From a virus: a DNA stretch of 64,000 nt. A program made the translations under genes and the position numbers. Below the pieces are notes generated by a model that ran no database searches, was not told where the DNA came from, and was given only the letters and a program-made list of their open reading frames with translations. The DNA is taken from the IMG/VR virus record IMGVR_UViG_3300042401_001747. One strand, given 5' to 3'. Positions 27,143 through 38,298 of this stretch are shown in pieces. Each line of letters opens with the position of its first letter. Position 1 is the stretch's first letter.

Positions 27143-28873
27143 ATGGCTAAATTATTTTTACCGTCCAGCGTAGACACTTTCGGAAAACCTACGACCGGCC
27201 CTACTAGGCCTAACTTTCGAGGACCTTTTGAAAGAAAGATAGTTATATCTTCTCTGCCTGACAATTTGGTATCAGATATTTCCGATATGGTAACGGACTT
27301 GTCGGTTAGCTACTCGCTTAGTCAGGCTTCTGAATTATCTTTTGACGTCATAGATGTCGATTTAAAGATGTCAAGAAACAACTATTTTATACTAGGTAGA
27401 GACGTAATATACGAGACACAAACCTTAGGAAGGGTTAACTCTTTTACTGGCGAAGTGAGGCAGGTTAGACAGCTATTTGAGATAGCTGACGTCACCGTGG
27501 CGCAGGGACCAGGCGGCAGCGCCGTTTACAGTGTTAAGTGCTATTCAAAAGCGTACCAGCAAATGAAGAGAGACAAGACTCCAGCAACAATTAAAGGAAA
27601 CGGCAGTCAGTACGTTAAGAATGCTGCAAAAAAATACGGCCTTGACTTCTACTGCGAAGAATCATCTAAACCAAGAAATATAACTAAAGCAAAAGGTTCA
27701 AAGCAGCAGGATTCTGTTTGGGATGTTTTGCTTAGATTAGCAGGCGATGCAAAATTTGTTTTATTTGAAGTAGATGGTGTGTTGGTTTTTGCTTCCGAAA
27801 CTTTCCTGCTTCACAAATGGGGCACAAACATAAGATTTATAGACAAAAAAATAGTTGATAAAAAAACTAAAAAAAAGTCTATAAAAAAACTCGCCAGAAG
27901 ATTTATTCCTCTACAGTGGCCAAATAGTGGTCCTCAATATATAGGAACTGCTGGGTACTTTCGTCTTATCGAAAGACCTACGATTATAAAGTCTCAAAAC
28001 GACCCATATGCCGCAAACGGTAGCTGCTTAGTTGAACGATTTAATGGCGTACAGATTCGTCCTGGAATGACTGCCTATGTTGGTACCGTTCCTAATGCGT
28101 CTGGTTACTACTTAGTAGAATCCGTGTCGTTCAAGGAAATGACGCCAGAACCTGTTGCTGTTGGTTTCAGAACACTTACTCGTGATGAAGAAAAAGAAGC
28201 CATAAAGCTCTTGCCTCTAGGTGAAAAATATCAACAGACATTCGTGCGAGACGCTCCCTTGCGTACAACAAAGGAAGCAGTTCGTGACGCAGCTGGAAAT
28301 CCAATAACAAAAGCTAATCCAGACAAAAGAATTATTGGAGAAAATCTTCCAACAGAACTATTCCCATTTCGTTATCCAGAAATGGAGTACGCAAACATCT
28401 CCCGCACATATGCATCTACTTATGGAAAAATACCGAAGAGCACAAACAATAGAAACTCAGTAATACTAACCGGCAATATAGACCTATGGAATAGACCGAT
28501 AATCCCTATCTTAAATCAAGCAAGCACTAAGACTATCGGTTATCACACTCTTTTTACAATATCGCGCATCGAAGCCGCTGGTTCTGAATATAGGGCAATT
28601 TTACTGCCTCTTGTTTACACGGTTAATGGAGAGGCTGTGATTAAATCTGTAGAGGAAGTCTATGCGAAATACGATGCTGACGGTGGATATTCGGGGTCGG
28701 CAAAATACCTGGCGGTAGTTAGGGGTAGTTCCAGGGAAGACGCAATACTTAATGGACGAGACTACGGACTACTTTTATCTAGACAGCAATCTCTCATAAT
28801 TGAAAAACGATTCCCTGGCATTAATTCCGCAGACTTTCCCAACACTCCTGGGGGTGTAAACAGTGAGTTGTAA
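27143..28873 (+). CDS. Baseplate hub protein (gpD/gp27-like)
   Basis: LSVSYSLSQASELSF, DSVWDVLLRLA..FEVDGVLVF, IRPGMT..GYYLVESV. Confidence 0.7.
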   Translation: MAKLFLPSSVDTFGKPTTGPTRPNFRGPFERKIVISSLPDNLVSDISDMVTDLSVSYSLSQASELSFDVIDVDLKMSRNNYFILGRDVIYETQTLGRVNSFTGEVRQVRQLFEIADVTVAQGPGGSAVYSVKCYSKAYQQMKRDKTPATIKGNGSQYVKNAAKKYGLDFYCEESSKPRNITKAKGSKQQDSVWDVLLRLAGDAKFVLFEVDGVLVFASETFLLHKWGTNIRFIDKKIVDKKTKKKSIKKLARRFIPLQWPNSGPQYIGTAGYFRLIERPTIIKSQNDPYAANGSCLVERFNGVQIRPGMTAYVGTVPNASGYYLVESVSFKEMTPEPVAVGFRTLTRDEEKEAIKLLPLGEKYQQTFVRDAPLRTTKEAVRDAAGNPITKANPDKRIIGENLPTELFPFRYPEMEYANISRTYASTYGKIPKSTNNRNSVILTGNIDLWNRPIIPILNQASTKTIGYHTLFTISRIEAAGSEYRAILLPLVYTVNGEAVIKSVEEVYAKYDADGGYSGSAKYLAVVRGSSREDAILNGRDYGLLLSRQQSLIIEKRFPGINSADFPNTPGGVNSEL

Positions 28874-28915
28874 TACGCGATTTTTAATTAAACTTGGCGT
28901 AGTAAGGTAGCGGCC

Positions 28916-30439
28916 ATGGCAGAAATTATTGACAGAGTAAAATCGTCATCCCATCCGCTTGCCCCAGGTCGCATTTATTCAGGAATAATAAAAGCAGTTG
29001 ATTCACGCGGTGCCGTAACTGTATACGTTCAGGAGCTGGCATCTTCTTATGAAAGAGTCGTCCCTCTTAATACAAATAGCAATTCAATCTTGACTATTGG
29101 GGACGTAGTTAAATGTACGTTTTCTAACGAGTTCTTTACTGAGCTAGTTGTTTTAGGACTAGCAACCATCAAAGAAGCGCCGCAAGCAGGAGTAGCCATA
29201 TCCGATGCGGCTCCATCAACTCCATCCTCTGGTGATTTATGGTTTGACTCAAGTACGAGTACCACTTTTATTTACTACGACTCGTCTTGGATTGAAATTG
29301 GACCACAACCACTAAGTATTGTTGGGGCAACTGGAGCGACCGGACCTGCAGGTGGACCAACTGGCCCGACTGGACTTACAGGAGCAACCGGTCCGACTGG
29401 TTTAACTGGTGCGACTGGTCCTGCAGGCGCTACCGGTATCGGCGCAACTGGAGCAACTGGTCCGACAGGGGTTGGGACAACTGGCGCAACTGGCCCCCAG
29501 GGCGACCCGGGATTTAATGGTTTGCCCGGGCTAGATGGAGTAACCGGACCAACTGGACCCACAGGTTTAACTGGCGCAACAGGACCTACTGGAATTACTG
29601 GCGCAACTGGTCCTGCTGGTGGTCCAACCGGTGCAACTGGACCCATTGGGGCAACTGGACCTTCGGGTGTTCCTGGTTCAAATGGTGTTACATCACTAGC
29701 TGGCGGTACGGGAGTGACTGTTTCTGGAGCAACAGGTGCCGTTACTGTGAGTATTGGTCAATCGGTTACCACCACAGCGACTCCAACTTTCGGAAACATA
29801 ACTGCATCCGGTTCTGGGGATACAAGTATAAAAATTAACTCCACCAGCGGTTATGCCATTCAGTATTTTTCGATAAATGGCACCAACAGATGGCATTATG
29901 AAGTTACCCCCTCCTATCAGTCGTGGGCGCTTGTTGAATCGGGTGTCGCTCAACGAATGACTGTTGAAGCAGGTTCAGGACCAACTACTTTTGCAAACTT
30001 GGTCAAGAAGCCAAGTCAGCCTTCTTTTCTTATTTATACAGGTGGATATAACCACCCAGCAAACTGGGTGGACATCAGCCTGCTTGGTGGCACTGCCATA
30101 GTTAGCCACAACAACGGTTCGCATTGGAATAGTTCAACAGGGTTATTTACTGCTCCTGCTACGGGTTACTACCTGTTTTATGCTGGTGGTTGGGGAAACT
30201 ATGCTGGTGCTGGAAACAGATACGCAATCAGTTTTTCTGTCAACCAAACAGTAGGCGGAGACTGGGCGTTTATCAGTGGTGCCAACACCTCGCTGGTAGA
30301 TAGCCCTTTGGCGATGTCGCCAGTAGTTCGCTATATGGCAAGTGGTGACTACATGAGAACGACTATGTTTTCTTCGGTTGGGATGCAACTCGGCACAAGT
30401 TCCCACAAGTTTTACTATGGTGGATATTTTTTAGGTTAG
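28916..30439 (+). CDS. Baseplate spike-like protein with collagen stalk and C1q-like head
   Basis: N-terminal [22 protein letters not shown] (gpV-like); about 40 Gly-X-Y triplets; C-terminal [27 protein letters not shown]. Confidence 0.75.
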   Translation: MAEIIDRVKSSSHPLAPGRIYSGIIKAVDSRGAVTVYVQELASSYERVVPLNTNSNSILTIGDVVKCTFSNEFFTELVVLGLATIKEAPQAGVAISDAAPSTPSSGDLWFDSSTSTTFIYYDSSWIEIGPQPLSIVGATGATGPAGGPTGPTGLTGATGPTGLTGATGPAGATGIGATGATGPTGVGTTGATGPQGDPGFNGLPGLDGVTGPTGPTGLTGATGPTGITGATGPAGGPTGATGPIGATGPSGVPGSNGVTSLAGGTGVTVSGATGAVTVSIGQSVTTTATPTFGNITASGSGDTSIKINSTSGYAIQYFSINGTNRWHYEVTPSYQSWALVESGVAQRMTVEAGSGPTTFANLVKKPSQPSFLIYTGGYNHPANWVDISLLGGTAIVSHNNGSHWNSSTGLFTAPATGYYLFYAGGWGNYAGAGNRYAISFSVNQTVGGDWAFISGANTSLVDSPLAMSPVVRYMASGDYMRTTMFSSVGMQLGTSSHKFYYGGYFLG

Positions 30440-30446
30440 GAAAACT

Positions 30447-30749
30447 ATGAACACATTTACAATCACACTTACAGATGCAGAACTTAAAGCCCTTGCTTTT
30501 GTCGCTTACGACCCTCAAGATTGGATGGACAATGCGATTCGCGAGCGGTGTCGTCTTGCTATGGAAGAAATTTTTACGGCGGAAGTGGCGCGGATGGTTG
30601 CTGACCCATCTACCACTTCAATTCCCGCGGACCGTGAGGCTATAGTTCTAGCCGCTGATATCAAAACAGCCAAAGAAATCCACGAAGAGAGCATGCTTCC
30701 AGTAGATACACCTCCACCTGCTCTGCCCGAAAATCCGGATGTGGGATAA
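30447..30749 (+). CDS. Small hypothetical protein (possible fibre chaperone)
   Basis: TITLTDAELKAL..DPQDWMDNA; AGGA RBS. Confidence 0.65.
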   Translation: MNTFTITLTDAELKALAFVAYDPQDWMDNAIRERCRLAMEEIFTAEVARMVADPSTTSIPADREAIVLAADIKTAKEIHEESMLPVDTPPPALPENPDVG

Positions 30750-30756
30750 TTGAAAA

Positions 30757-31059
30757 ATGGATTCTCTTGCTTTTCCAATAAAATTTGACAGTACTGGTAT
30801 CAAAAAACACCAGGACGGAACAACTGACTACTACTCTCAGTTGCTGTCTATCTGCATGCTTACAGAGCCCGGAACCCACCCGATGACTCCTAGGTTTGGA
30901 GCCTTTGACCCAGTTTTTCAAGAGATAGACAAAAACGTGTTTATTCTTAACGCTGCCCAGTTTGTCCCAGAAATTACTATTACAGCAATGGAAACGACAG
31001 GCGTCGAACAGTCCTCTGGGGCGGCCAAGATTTCAGTAGCTTTTGAAATAGCGGATTAA
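30757..31059 (+). CDS. Baseplate wedge protein (gp25/gpW-like)
   Basis: LAFPIKF, LTEPGTHPMTPRFG. Confidence 0.8.
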   Translation: MDSLAFPIKFDSTGIKKHQDGTTDYYSQLLSICMLTEPGTHPMTPRFGAFDPVFQEIDKNVFILNAAQFVPEITITAMETTGVEQSSGAAKISVAFEIAD

Positions 31060-31068
31060 GGACAAGAC

Positions 31069-32532
31069 ATGCCAGCAGATTTTAGTGAATACGTAGACCT
31101 ATCAATATTTGATAAGGAACCTGGAGACATCTATAGAGACTCAATAGAGCTCGCTCGTCTTTCCTTGCCAGACTTCAACTTGCGCCCAGGAACCCCTGAA
31201 GACGCAATATTTCAGGCCGCTGCATACGTCAGCGCGCTGAACATAAACGCAATTAACAGATTGCCCGACAGACTAATGGCAGGCATTGTTCAGATGCTTG
31301 GATATCAACGTCAGCAAGCAATTTCTGCTGAAGTGAATGTTGAAGTAACTATAGGCTCTTACGACGGTGGAAACGTTCCAGCCGGAACCGTATTTGTCTA
31401 TGACTCGACTTTTGAAGACGAATCTGAACAGTACGCATTTCAAACCATATCTGCCACGACTATTCCTGCTGTTGCTCCAGGAGTAAATACCTATCCGTCG
31501 GCAGTAATAACAGTCAGGTCGTTAGAGCCTGGCATTATTCCTCCCTTAGTACCAGGAATAGAATTAAGCATCATATCTTCTGGAACGAACATTATTTCGG
31601 CCGAAATTGCAACAGTTTCTAATTTTGCAAACGGCTTAAACGAAGATACTGACGAGGACTATCTATCAAAAGCCTCCACCTATCTTCGTTCACTCAGTTC
31701 TGTTTTGGTGACACCAGCTCAGGTCGATGCTTACCTTCTTACGAACTACCCATCAATTGTGTCGAGAGTAAAAACCCTCGACTTAACTTGGGGAGACGAC
31801 CTTGACGGCAACCTAACCGTATACCGCCCGTCTGGCGTAGTTAAAACTTTTTTAAGTGCTTTTGAGGCAACGGTACAAACAGAAGCGCCTCATCTTTATG
31901 TAGTTGGCGACGTTGTGGACTTGGATATTTTTAACTCATCAGTGAGTGCAACATTTAACGGCCAACACACAATAACCAGTACAAGTAATACTACTTTTAG
32001 CTTTACCAAAAACGTGGGTAACTCAGCAAGCACGGTCGTAACAGGCTCCGCTTATGCCGGTCAAGATATAACCGGTTATGTAACAGTAGTGGCCTATGGA
32101 AACGGAACCGAACTTACCAGCGTTGAAAAATTAGGATTGATTACGGACGTAAGAGATAAGTCTATAGCTGGATTGGTTATGGACATAGTCGACCCAACTT
32201 TAGTGACCTTGGAGATTACTGGCTCTGTAGTGATTAGTGACATATACGAACAGGCTGCTCTCGTAGAAACCATAGAAGACGTTATTGTCGAATACCTAAG
32301 CCCGCAATCATTTTCCTTTAGTTTAGACAGAGTAAGACAAACTCAAATAATTTCTCTAATCAGCAATATTCCTGGAGTCGTTTATGTTGAATCCCTGAGC
32401 TTGACTCCTACGGGTAGTGGATGGTTGCCTAAGCACGGTGTCGACATTCTGTTCAGAGACAAGGGTACTCTTCCCATTCTTTCTCTTGATGATATTGACA
32501 TTACATATACGTCAATAAGCGCTGGGACTTAA
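31069..32532 (+). CDS. Baseplate J-like protein
   Basis: PGTPEDAIF, VPAGTVF, NGLNEDTDEDYL, ISLISNIPGVVYV. Confidence 0.88.
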   Translation: MPADFSEYVDLSIFDKEPGDIYRDSIELARLSLPDFNLRPGTPEDAIFQAAAYVSALNINAINRLPDRLMAGIVQMLGYQRQQAISAEVNVEVTIGSYDGGNVPAGTVFVYDSTFEDESEQYAFQTISATTIPAVAPGVNTYPSAVITVRSLEPGIIPPLVPGIELSIISSGTNIISAEIATVSNFANGLNEDTDEDYLSKASTYLRSLSSVLVTPAQVDAYLLTNYPSIVSRVKTLDLTWGDDLDGNLTVYRPSGVVKTFLSAFEATVQTEAPHLYVVGDVVDLDIFNSSVSATFNGQHTITSTSNTTFSFTKNVGNSASTVVTGSAYAGQDITGYVTVVAYGNGTELTSVEKLGLITDVRDKSIAGLVMDIVDPTLVTLEITGSVVISDIYEQAALVETIEDVIVEYLSPQSFSFSLDRVRQTQIISLISNIPGVVYVESLSLTPTGSGWLPKHGVDILFRDKGTLPILSLDDIDITYTSISAGT

Positions 32533-32533
32533 A

Positions 32534-33745
32534 ATGGCCAGTACTTTTAATCTTTTATCAGACAGCAATGCTCTATCGGTTTTTTCCTCACAGCAAGGAG
32601 AATTCGTAGGTATATCTTCGATTTCCTACGATTGGAGCGCCACCAATGCAGCCCTCTTTATAACAAGCTCTGAATCTATAGTAAACACTAGATACGTTCT
32701 TCGTTTGGCACCAAACAACTCAGGTGATGTTACTTTAAGATTAAACAATGTTCCACTCAATATTGCTGATAACGGGCGAGCCATATCGGCAAACGTAAAG
32801 ATAAAAGCAAGTTCCCCAATCAGTGTTTCATCGCTTTTATATATTGACTCTGCCTCGGCGGCATATGAACCGAATCTTCAGTCATTCACTAGCGGTAAAT
32901 ACTCGGCAGTTCATACAAACCAAGCTTCAGTACCAGACGATGGAGTAAAACATACCGCCACAATGAAGTTTGTAATTTCAAATCATTCTTCTGTGAATAT
33001 TTTTGTAACATTGCCTCACCTAATACATGAGTTGGGTTTTTATAAAAATCCTTTTGTTGGAAGAGCAAGAACTTTCTTGCCCGATTTTTACTTTGAAGTG
33101 GATTCTTCTCAGCTTTATCCATCTTTCCCATTTTTTAGACTTCTAGACATTCTCACTTCGGCTGCCGGAGAGACCCTGAAAGAACACGACAGCATGTATG
33201 AAGTCGAGCAGCAACAAGTCCAAGTTCCGTCACAGGTAGCTGAATATTGGGCGTCCAGTTCGCTTGTGTCGTCTCGTTCGGTACGTGCCGCCTATGTACC
33301 GTGGCTTTCTCAGTTCACTGGTACATTAATAAAGCAAAATATTTCAAAATCCGACGGTACTCCATTTTTTGATAATCCGATAATCAAAAGAGACTTTATT
33401 GAATGGCAACTAAATAGCTCGCACTACGGAAGGTCCGCAGGAAGCAGGAATGCCATTACGGAAGCAGCGCGACAAGTTTTAATAAAAACTAAAGATGGAA
33501 CTCCAAGCACTCTGGCGGTGGCAGTTCTTGCAAGATATCTGGACGACCCTTTCGAAATTCGAGTTGCAACCCTCTCTAACGAGACCCCGGATGCTGAAGA
33601 AGGAGAAGTTAGCCATTTGGTGACTGAGTCAGTTAATTGGGCGAAACCAATGGGTTACAAAATAACAGTGCAAACGTTTGACGAATTTTTCTTTTCGCTT
33701 GACGACCCAACATTGGGTGCGCTAGATAATTTCAGTTGGGGCTAA
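32534..33745 (+). CDS. Baseplate wedge protein (gpI-like C-terminal part)
   Basis: LPDFY..D, YVPWLSQFTG, AGSRNAI, AKPMG. Confidence 0.7.
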   Translation: MASTFNLLSDSNALSVFSSQQGEFVGISSISYDWSATNAALFITSSESIVNTRYVLRLAPNNSGDVTLRLNNVPLNIADNGRAISANVKIKASSPISVSSLLYIDSASAAYEPNLQSFTSGKYSAVHTNQASVPDDGVKHTATMKFVISNHSSVNIFVTLPHLIHELGFYKNPFVGRARTFLPDFYFEVDSSQLYPSFPFFRLLDILTSAAGETLKEHDSMYEVEQQQVQVPSQVAEYWASSSLVSSRSVRAAYVPWLSQFTGTLIKQNISKSDGTPFFDNPIIKRDFIEWQLNSSHYGRSAGSRNAITEAARQVLIKTKDGTPSTLAVAVLARYLDDPFEIRVATLSNETPDAEEGEVSHLVTESVNWAKPMGYKITVQTFDEFFFSLDDPTLGALDNFSWG

Positions 33746-33784
33746 AATGATACACTCATCTATGAACGATTTAGGAGAAAAATA

Positions 33785-34411
33785 ATGGCCGGACAGGGAG
33801 TAAAGCTTTTTTTATCTGGTGAAATAGCTACGGCTTCAGATGTGAACCAGTATTTAATGGACCAGGCCGTTTGTCGTTTCCTAGACGATGAAGAACGAGA
33901 TGGCGCATTTGGAGACGGAATACCAGTATCTCTAGGAGGGTCCGGATTACCAGCATTGGCTCCTGGAAGAATGTGTTTCCTTTTAGAAGGTCCGGGAAGC
34001 ACGCCAGGATTCCCCGTTCGAACCGTTCAGTACTACGACGGAAGCGCATGGCAAGACTCAGACCAGTTCACTATTCCTGACGGCTTTGTTACGTCGGCCA
34101 AAATAGCAAATGACACTATTATGAATGTGGACATTAACTCAGCCGCAGGAATTGTTGATACCAAACTTGCTACAATTTCCACGGCTGGTAAAGTTTCCAA
34201 CTCCGCTACCACCGCAACAGCAAATAGCGGAAACAGCACGATTGTTGCTCGTGACGCTTCTGGTAATTTTTCAGCAGGAACGATAACAGCCAGCCTTACA
34301 GGAACAGCAACCAATGCTGCGAAGATTAATAACCGAACTGTATTTGTGCAGAACGCAACCCCAACAGCCCTTGCCACCGGTGATATTTGGTTCCAGGTAG
34401 TAGGACTCTAA
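33785..34411 (+). CDS. Tail fibre / minor tail protein
   Basis: FLSGEIATASDVNQYLMDQAV..ERD N-terminus typical of actinophage fibres; ends GDIWF. Confidence 0.7.
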   Translation: MAGQGVKLFLSGEIATASDVNQYLMDQAVCRFLDDEERDGAFGDGIPVSLGGSGLPALAPGRMCFLLEGPGSTPGFPVRTVQYYDGSAWQDSDQFTIPDGFVTSAKIANDTIMNVDINSAAGIVDTKLATISTAGKVSNSATTATANSGNSTIVARDASGNFSAGTITASLTGTATNAAKINNRTVFVQNATPTALATGDIWFQVVGL

Positions 34412-34412
34412 T

Positions 34413-36284
34413 ATGGCAGTACCATCAACAACCGTTTTTGGTGGTACGTGGGGTGACTGGGATTATACAGGGAACGCATCCACGCAAGGCTTGCGTGTTG
34501 GTATTGATTTCGAGTGGGACACCCCTACCCATGGCGGCACGACGGTAGTCCTGCGGACAAACTTCTGGACACAAAACCGTTTCAGGATGAACGACACTCA
34601 GACCATGACTTTCTCGGGTGTCAACACTAACGATGCAACGACGTACTCAAACACTACAGGTTCAGACACCACAGCTCCAGATGCCGCTAAATGGAGGTTT
34701 ACAAGAAGCTACACATACACCTATCCAGTCCATCCGCTAGCACATGCCTTTCATACCAGTCCAGGGTCGCATACGGTTGGCGCATCGGTTAGCGGTGTTG
34801 ACGCTGCCCCAGGCATAGCCCCTAGTCATAGTCGAAGCATCGCAATTCCTGCAAGGCCAGGAACGACACCGGGTGCTCCTGGGGTTACGTCTTCTCCTGG
34901 GAACGGCTCCGTGTCTGTCAGTTACACAGCACCTGGCTTTGATGGTTATGCCCCTCTTTCGTACGAATACTCAGATAATGATGTTTATTATCAAACGGCA
35001 ACTACTAACCCTGTTGTTTTTACGGGTCTTTCAAACGGCACATCTTATACTTATTACATTCGTGCCCGTAACGCATACGGAGTCAGTAGCGGAACCTCTA
35101 CATCGAATACGCCTCGTACCACACCGGGTGCCCCAAGTATTTCTTCAACCCCAAATAACGGCTCAATATCTGTCAGTTACGGAGCTCCTGGGTCTGACGG
35201 TGGAGAAAGTATTGATTCCTACGAATACTCACTAAACGGTACTAGCGGATGGACCGCTACGCCCTCTAACCCTTTCACTCTTTCTGGTGCCAACGGAACA
35301 GCGATAAATGCCTATGTTCGTGCCGTAAACGCTGCTGGTGGTGGAGCATCTTCAGTAGTAACCACCAGCACGCCTCGCACAACCCCCGGTGCCCCCAGTG
35401 TTTCTTCAACCCCAAACAACGGCTCAATAACCGTCACTTATGGAGCCCCATCTTCTGATGGCGGAAACGCAGTATCCTCTTATCAGTACTCAACTGATAA
35501 CTCCAGTTGGGTAGCAACGCCATCTAATCCGTTTACAATTAATGGCACTAACGGAACCGCAATTACTATCTACGTAAGAGCAGTTAACGCCGCCGGTGGT
35601 GGAACTTCAGCGAGCACAGCCAGTACTCCCCGAACTACTCCAGGCGCACCAACGAACGTAACTTCAACACCTAGCAACGGTTCGGTATCTATAGGTTTTG
35701 GAGCACCTTCGTCTAACGGTGGCAACGCTGTATCTTCCTATCAATATTCAACCAACGACTCTACATGGACTGCAACTCCTTCCAATCCTTTCCCAATTTC
35801 TGGGACAAACGGAACTGCTATTACCATCTATGTTCGCGCAGTCAACGCTGCAGGTGGAGGAACTTCGGCCAGTGCAACAAGCACTCCTCGAACAACACCT
35901 AGCGCACCGACATCTTTTGCAGGCAACAATGCCACCTTTGCCCAAATTGGTTTATCTTGGGGAGCACCATCCAGCAATGGTGGAAACGCAGTTAGTGCTT
36001 ACGTATTAAGAAACGGCTCTACTGTTTTACAAAACAGCACTGCTACGTCATACACGCATACTGGACTATCTCCGTATACGGATTATTCATACACTGTCAC
36101 CGCGGTTAACGCTGCTGGAGAAGGAACTCAAGCTTCTTTAACTATAAAATCTCTCGGTGGCGTGGCAAAGGTATGGAACGGCACCTCATGGGTAACCACG
36201 TTGCCTAAAATATGGGATGGCACCACATGGGTTGACGCACAGGCTCGCATGTGGGATGGTACTGAGTGGAAACACGGAATATAG
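34413..36284 (+). CDS. Fibronectin type III repeat virion protein
   Basis: Five FN3-like units (PGAP..SYGAP.SDGG..SYQYS..YVRAVNAAG). Confidence 0.85.
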   Translation: MAVPSTTVFGGTWGDWDYTGNASTQGLRVGIDFEWDTPTHGGTTVVLRTNFWTQNRFRMNDTQTMTFSGVNTNDATTYSNTTGSDTTAPDAAKWRFTRSYTYTYPVHPLAHAFHTSPGSHTVGASVSGVDAAPGIAPSHSRSIAIPARPGTTPGAPGVTSSPGNGSVSVSYTAPGFDGYAPLSYEYSDNDVYYQTATTNPVVFTGLSNGTSYTYYIRARNAYGVSSGTSTSNTPRTTPGAPSISSTPNNGSISVSYGAPGSDGGESIDSYEYSLNGTSGWTATPSNPFTLSGANGTAINAYVRAVNAAGGGASSVVTTSTPRTTPGAPSVSSTPNNGSITVTYGAPSSDGGNAVSSYQYSTDNSSWVATPSNPFTINGTNGTAITIYVRAVNAAGGGTSASTASTPRTTPGAPTNVTSTPSNGSVSIGFGAPSSNGGNAVSSYQYSTNDSTWTATPSNPFPISGTNGTAITIYVRAVNAAGGGTSASATSTPRTTPSAPTSFAGNNATFAQIGLSWGAPSSNGGNAVSAYVLRNGSTVLQNSTATSYTHTGLSPYTDYSYTVTAVNAAGEGTQASLTIKSLGGVAKVWNGTSWVTTLPKIWDGTTWVDAQARMWDGTEWKHGI

Positions 36285-36295
36285 AAAATTAGGCC

Positions 36296-36520
36296 ATGAG
36301 AGACAAAACGGGAAAAAATTCAGAACGTAAAGCAAGTCCTCTTGATTTTTTTCGTAAAAGTACTGAATACTCTTCGGAAGAAGAGACTACGCGCAGATAC
36401 TCAATCTGTACTGAGTGCCCTCATTTTTTAGCGATAACAAAACAATGCATTAAGTGTGGATGCTTCATGCAGATAAAAACAAAACTGGCTCACGCTGAGT
36501 GTCCTGTTAACAAATGGTGA
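36296..36520 (+). CDS. Small Cys-rich protein (DUF6171-like)
   Basis: RYSICTECP..QCIKCGCF..K..AECPVNKW. Confidence 0.75.
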   Translation: MRDKTGKNSERKASPLDFFRKSTEYSSEEETTRRYSICTECPHFLAITKQCIKCGCFMQIKTKLAHAECPVNKW

Positions 36521-36528
36521 TTTAAAGG

Positions 36529-37587
36529 CTACGAAAGCTCGTAGAAACCTTTTCCCCATAGACCCTGCAAACGAGTAAAATACTTCTCGTACATCTTTCC
36601 CACGGTGTCTAATCCGTAGCGGTCTTTTGAGTATTTACTAATCGCCGCTCTATCAAGAGTCTTGACGTCCTCAGTTGCGTCAGCGAACTCTTGCATCGTG
36701 TGACAGCGAAATCCGGTCACTCCGTCGATGACTGTTTCAGTGAAAGCACCCCAGTCTGTAGAGATAATTGGAGACCCACAGGCCATCGCTTCGATAGCTA
36801 CGGTTCCAAAAGGCTCGACGTAAATAGTTGGCGTAAATGTGGCAATTGCACCACCCATTAGCTTGGCTCGCTCTTCTGTCCCTACAACTCCAACATACTC
36901 CCCATAGTTGGGCGCAGAACCCTGTCCAGCGACCACCAGACGCTTTCCTAGGGCCTTACAGGTGTCAACTGCAATCTGATAGCCCTTGCGCTCAATAAGG
37001 CGTCCTATGAACAAATAGTAGTCATCTGGCGTTTCCTGTAAAGGGAAGTCTTGAATATCAATATAACTTGGGATTACCGTGTCGTAGAACTTTCCATCAA
37101 GGGCATGGGGGTCGGTCACTTTCGACCCGTAGCAGGAGTGCATCCACGCATAGGACTCAAAGACCTTGAATGGAGCGAACGACCCGCCATAACCAATTCC
37201 GAACTCCACGCTTAGTTCGTCAGGAAAAGCATCGGCTATTGGCTTGGATGCAAAACCAGCAATAAGGCAAATAAAGTCTTTGTGCTCCAGGCGCTCTTGA
37301 ATGCCTTTGACTACGTTGCCATTAAACTCAACCCAATGTGGGAGGTTCCAGTCAAACGACGCAGCCGAGTAATGATTCGGTCCTACGGCTTCTAGACGCT
37401 GTTCTTCGGTAATACAGGTGATGTGCTCGTCACAGGGGGCTTCGTTGAACTCGCCGCCATACAGAAACACGGTATGCCCGAGGTCTTTCATCATGATGCA
37501 GAACTTACGGACTTTCTCCGTATAGGCACATGCCGTGAAGTCTTCAGTCGTGTTTGTGTGAGGAAGGGAAACTACATGAAATCTCAT
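36529..37587 (-). CDS. Glycosyltransferase (GT-B, GT4-like)
   Basis: YLFIGRLIERKG, EPFGTVAIEAMACGSPII, ETVIDGVTGF. Confidence 0.92.
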   Translation of the reverse strand: MRFHVVSLPHTNTTEDFTACAYTEKVRKFCIMMKDLGHTVFLYGGEFNEAPCDEHITCITEEQRLEAVGPNHYSAASFDWNLPHWVEFNGNVVKGIQERLEHKDFICLIAGFASKPIADAFPDELSVEFGIGYGGSFAPFKVFESYAWMHSCYGSKVTDPHALDGKFYDTVIPSYIDIQDFPLQETPDDYYLFIGRLIERKGYQIAVDTCKALGKRLVVAGQGSAPNYGEYVGVVGTEERAKLMGGAIATFTPTIYVEPFGTVAIEAMACGSPIISTDWGAFTETVIDGVTGFRCHTMQEFADATEDVKTLDRAAISKYSKDRYGLDTVGKMYEKYFTRLQGLWGKGFYELS

Positions 37588-37602
37588 GCAGAAATACTAC
37601 TC

Positions 37603-38298
37603 TTATTTATCAGTATCCCGCAATGAGAGAGAATGAAAAATCCTAGGGTCGTCAATAGAAATTCTCTCCCCATTTAGTTCCACAAAATCATCAGGGACGG
37701 CTTGTGAGATAAGCCAATCCTGTAAGGATTCGTCAATCAAGAAGGCGTCTTCGTTCTGGAGTTGCGCTTTTGTGTCGCCCGTCAAGTACTTAGAAATTTG
37801 CATTGGAGGATACGCGTTAAGAATGTGCTGAATTAGTTCTTCGGGCATATTCATGTCTTCTAAAAGGGCGGTAGAAATTTCACTGCACTTATCCAAGTTG
37901 TTGAACGGCTCTTTAGCCACTATTGACCATTCAACCATAAGCCTAATTAATTCACCAAATGAGTTTGCTCCAAAAGGCAGTGCTTGAGATTTGATTTGCT
38001 GATTCACTTCATCGTCTTTGAGTTTCAAATAAATGATGTAGCCATGAGGTGGGAGAGAGTAAAGAATTTCAAACTTGTCTATTTCGTCAAGAGACGAAAA
38101 TAGAACCGTTCCCATAGATTTGTTTAAATCCGTTTCGTTATTTCTTGGAGCAATCGGACCCCAGTTATTAAAATCGCACCTATCCGATGCTTCCGAGTCG
38201 TTGATGAGTTTTGCTGCAACTATTGCAAACACTCCGTCATTGTGTATAGACAAATACGGCAAAAACTTAGAAACATAAAATTTAATGTTTGTATTCAT
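37603..38298 (-). CDS. Hypothetical protein (paralog of 44649..45311)
   Basis: Shared EWS...EPFN core. Confidence 0.7.
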   Translation of the reverse strand: MNTNIKFYVSKFLPYLSIHNDGVFAIVAAKLINDSEASDRCDFNNWGPIAPRNNETDLNKSMGTVLFSSLDEIDKFEILYSLPPHGYIIYLKLKDDEVNQQIKSQALPFGANSFGELIRLMVEWSIVAKEPFNNLDKCSEISTALLEDMNMPEELIQHILNAYPPMQISKYLTGDTKAQLQNEDAFLIDESLQDWLISQAVPDDFVELNGERISIDDPRIFHSLSLRDTDK

